DNA of 64,000 nucleotides from Chiloscyllium plagiosum (Eukaryota): the NCBI RefSeq assembly GCF_004010195.1, contig NC_057718.1, positions 94,302,617-94,366,616 on the forward strand. Reading direction: 5' to 3'. Below the pieces are notes generated by a model, which was given only the letters and a program-made list of their open reading frames with translations, did not search any database and had not been told where the DNA came from. Made by a program: the position numbers and the translations under genes. Positions 63,479 to 64,000 of this stretch are shown here, piece by piece (position 1 is the first letter of the stretch; each line of letters opens with the position of its first letter).

Positions 63479-63645
63479 GCTGAAAATGTGTTGCTGGAAA
63501 AGCGCAGCAGGTCAGGCAGCATCCAAGGAACAGGAGAATGCACAGGCCTCATTCCTGATGAAGGGCTTATGCTCGAAAAGTCGATTCTCCTGCTCCTTGG
63601 ATGCTGCCTGACCTGCTGTGCTTTTCCAGCACCGCAATCTTCGTC
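63479..63645. mobile_element. Inverted Penelope termini with hammerhead motif on + arm
   Basis: Opposed arms; AUUC-CUGAUGA-A-GGGC uuau GCUC-GAAAA-GUC-GAUU at 63551-63586. Confidence 0.88.
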
Positions 63646-63754
63646 TCTTATTTCTTACATCCTGTTCAGGATGGTTTCCTCCTACTGGGGAATACACTCA
63701 AAATGCATATTTTAGTTTAGTGACATTTAATGACACAGGTCTCTTGTTCCTATT

Positions 63755-64000
63755 TCTTACATTTATATAGCACCTTTCACAGCCTCAGAATTTCTCAAAG
63801 TGCTCCAGGCAATTGCACACTTTTGGATTTCGGTCACTGTTCTGCTGTCGGAATGTGACAGCCAAACTGCAATCTGATAATGACCAACTAATCCGTTTTA
63901 ATCTAATGTCAACTTGAGGGGTAAAAATTGGGGAAATAAAGAAGGAGAACCCTCCTGCTTATCTTCTAAAAAAATGCTGAGAGCTTTTGCACTCACTGGA
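63755..64000 (-). mobile_element. Deu-domain SINE remnant
   Basis: CATTTATATAGCACCTTTCAC..GATAATGACC..GGAGAACCCTCCTGCT; similar to 41755-42105. Confidence 0.7.

Noticed and set aside
19338..63645. Recurring WKSTAGQAAS / LLGCCLTCCAFPA peptides as a protein family or CRISPR-like repeats
   Set aside because: Translations of dispersed Penelope terminal repeats; no regular spacing, eukaryotic DNA.

Overview
Repeat-dense, AT-rich vertebrate intronic/intergenic DNA. HE1-type tRNA SINEs and HER1/CR1 LINEs sharing a 3' end indicate an elasmobranch (shark) genome (inference). No host protein-coding gene can be identified with confidence; nearly all ORF-track hits are fragments or antisense frames of transposons. 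Content: many CR1/HER1 LINE fragments, ~13 HE1 SINEs, Deu-domain SINE remnants, a Rex1/Babar LINE, a decayed Gmr1-like Gypsy element (integrase before RT), solo LTRs, and Penelope-like elements (RT YIDD, GIY-YIG) plus many short Penelope termini with minimal hammerhead ribozyme motifs and 14-15 bp TSDs, including a 185-bp near-perfect palindrome with a hammerhead on each strand. Most interesting: three mutually diverged, decayed copies (~18320-19050 +, ~32547-33310 -, ~33311-33845 -) of a coding sequence that reads like a hepadnavirus-related capsid C-terminus followed by terminal-protein and RT1 motifs with almost no spacer, i.e. a candidate nackednavirus/HEART-like endogenous element. That identification rests on by-eye comparison with motifs recalled from memory and needs a profile search. 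Boundaries of old repeats are approximate.
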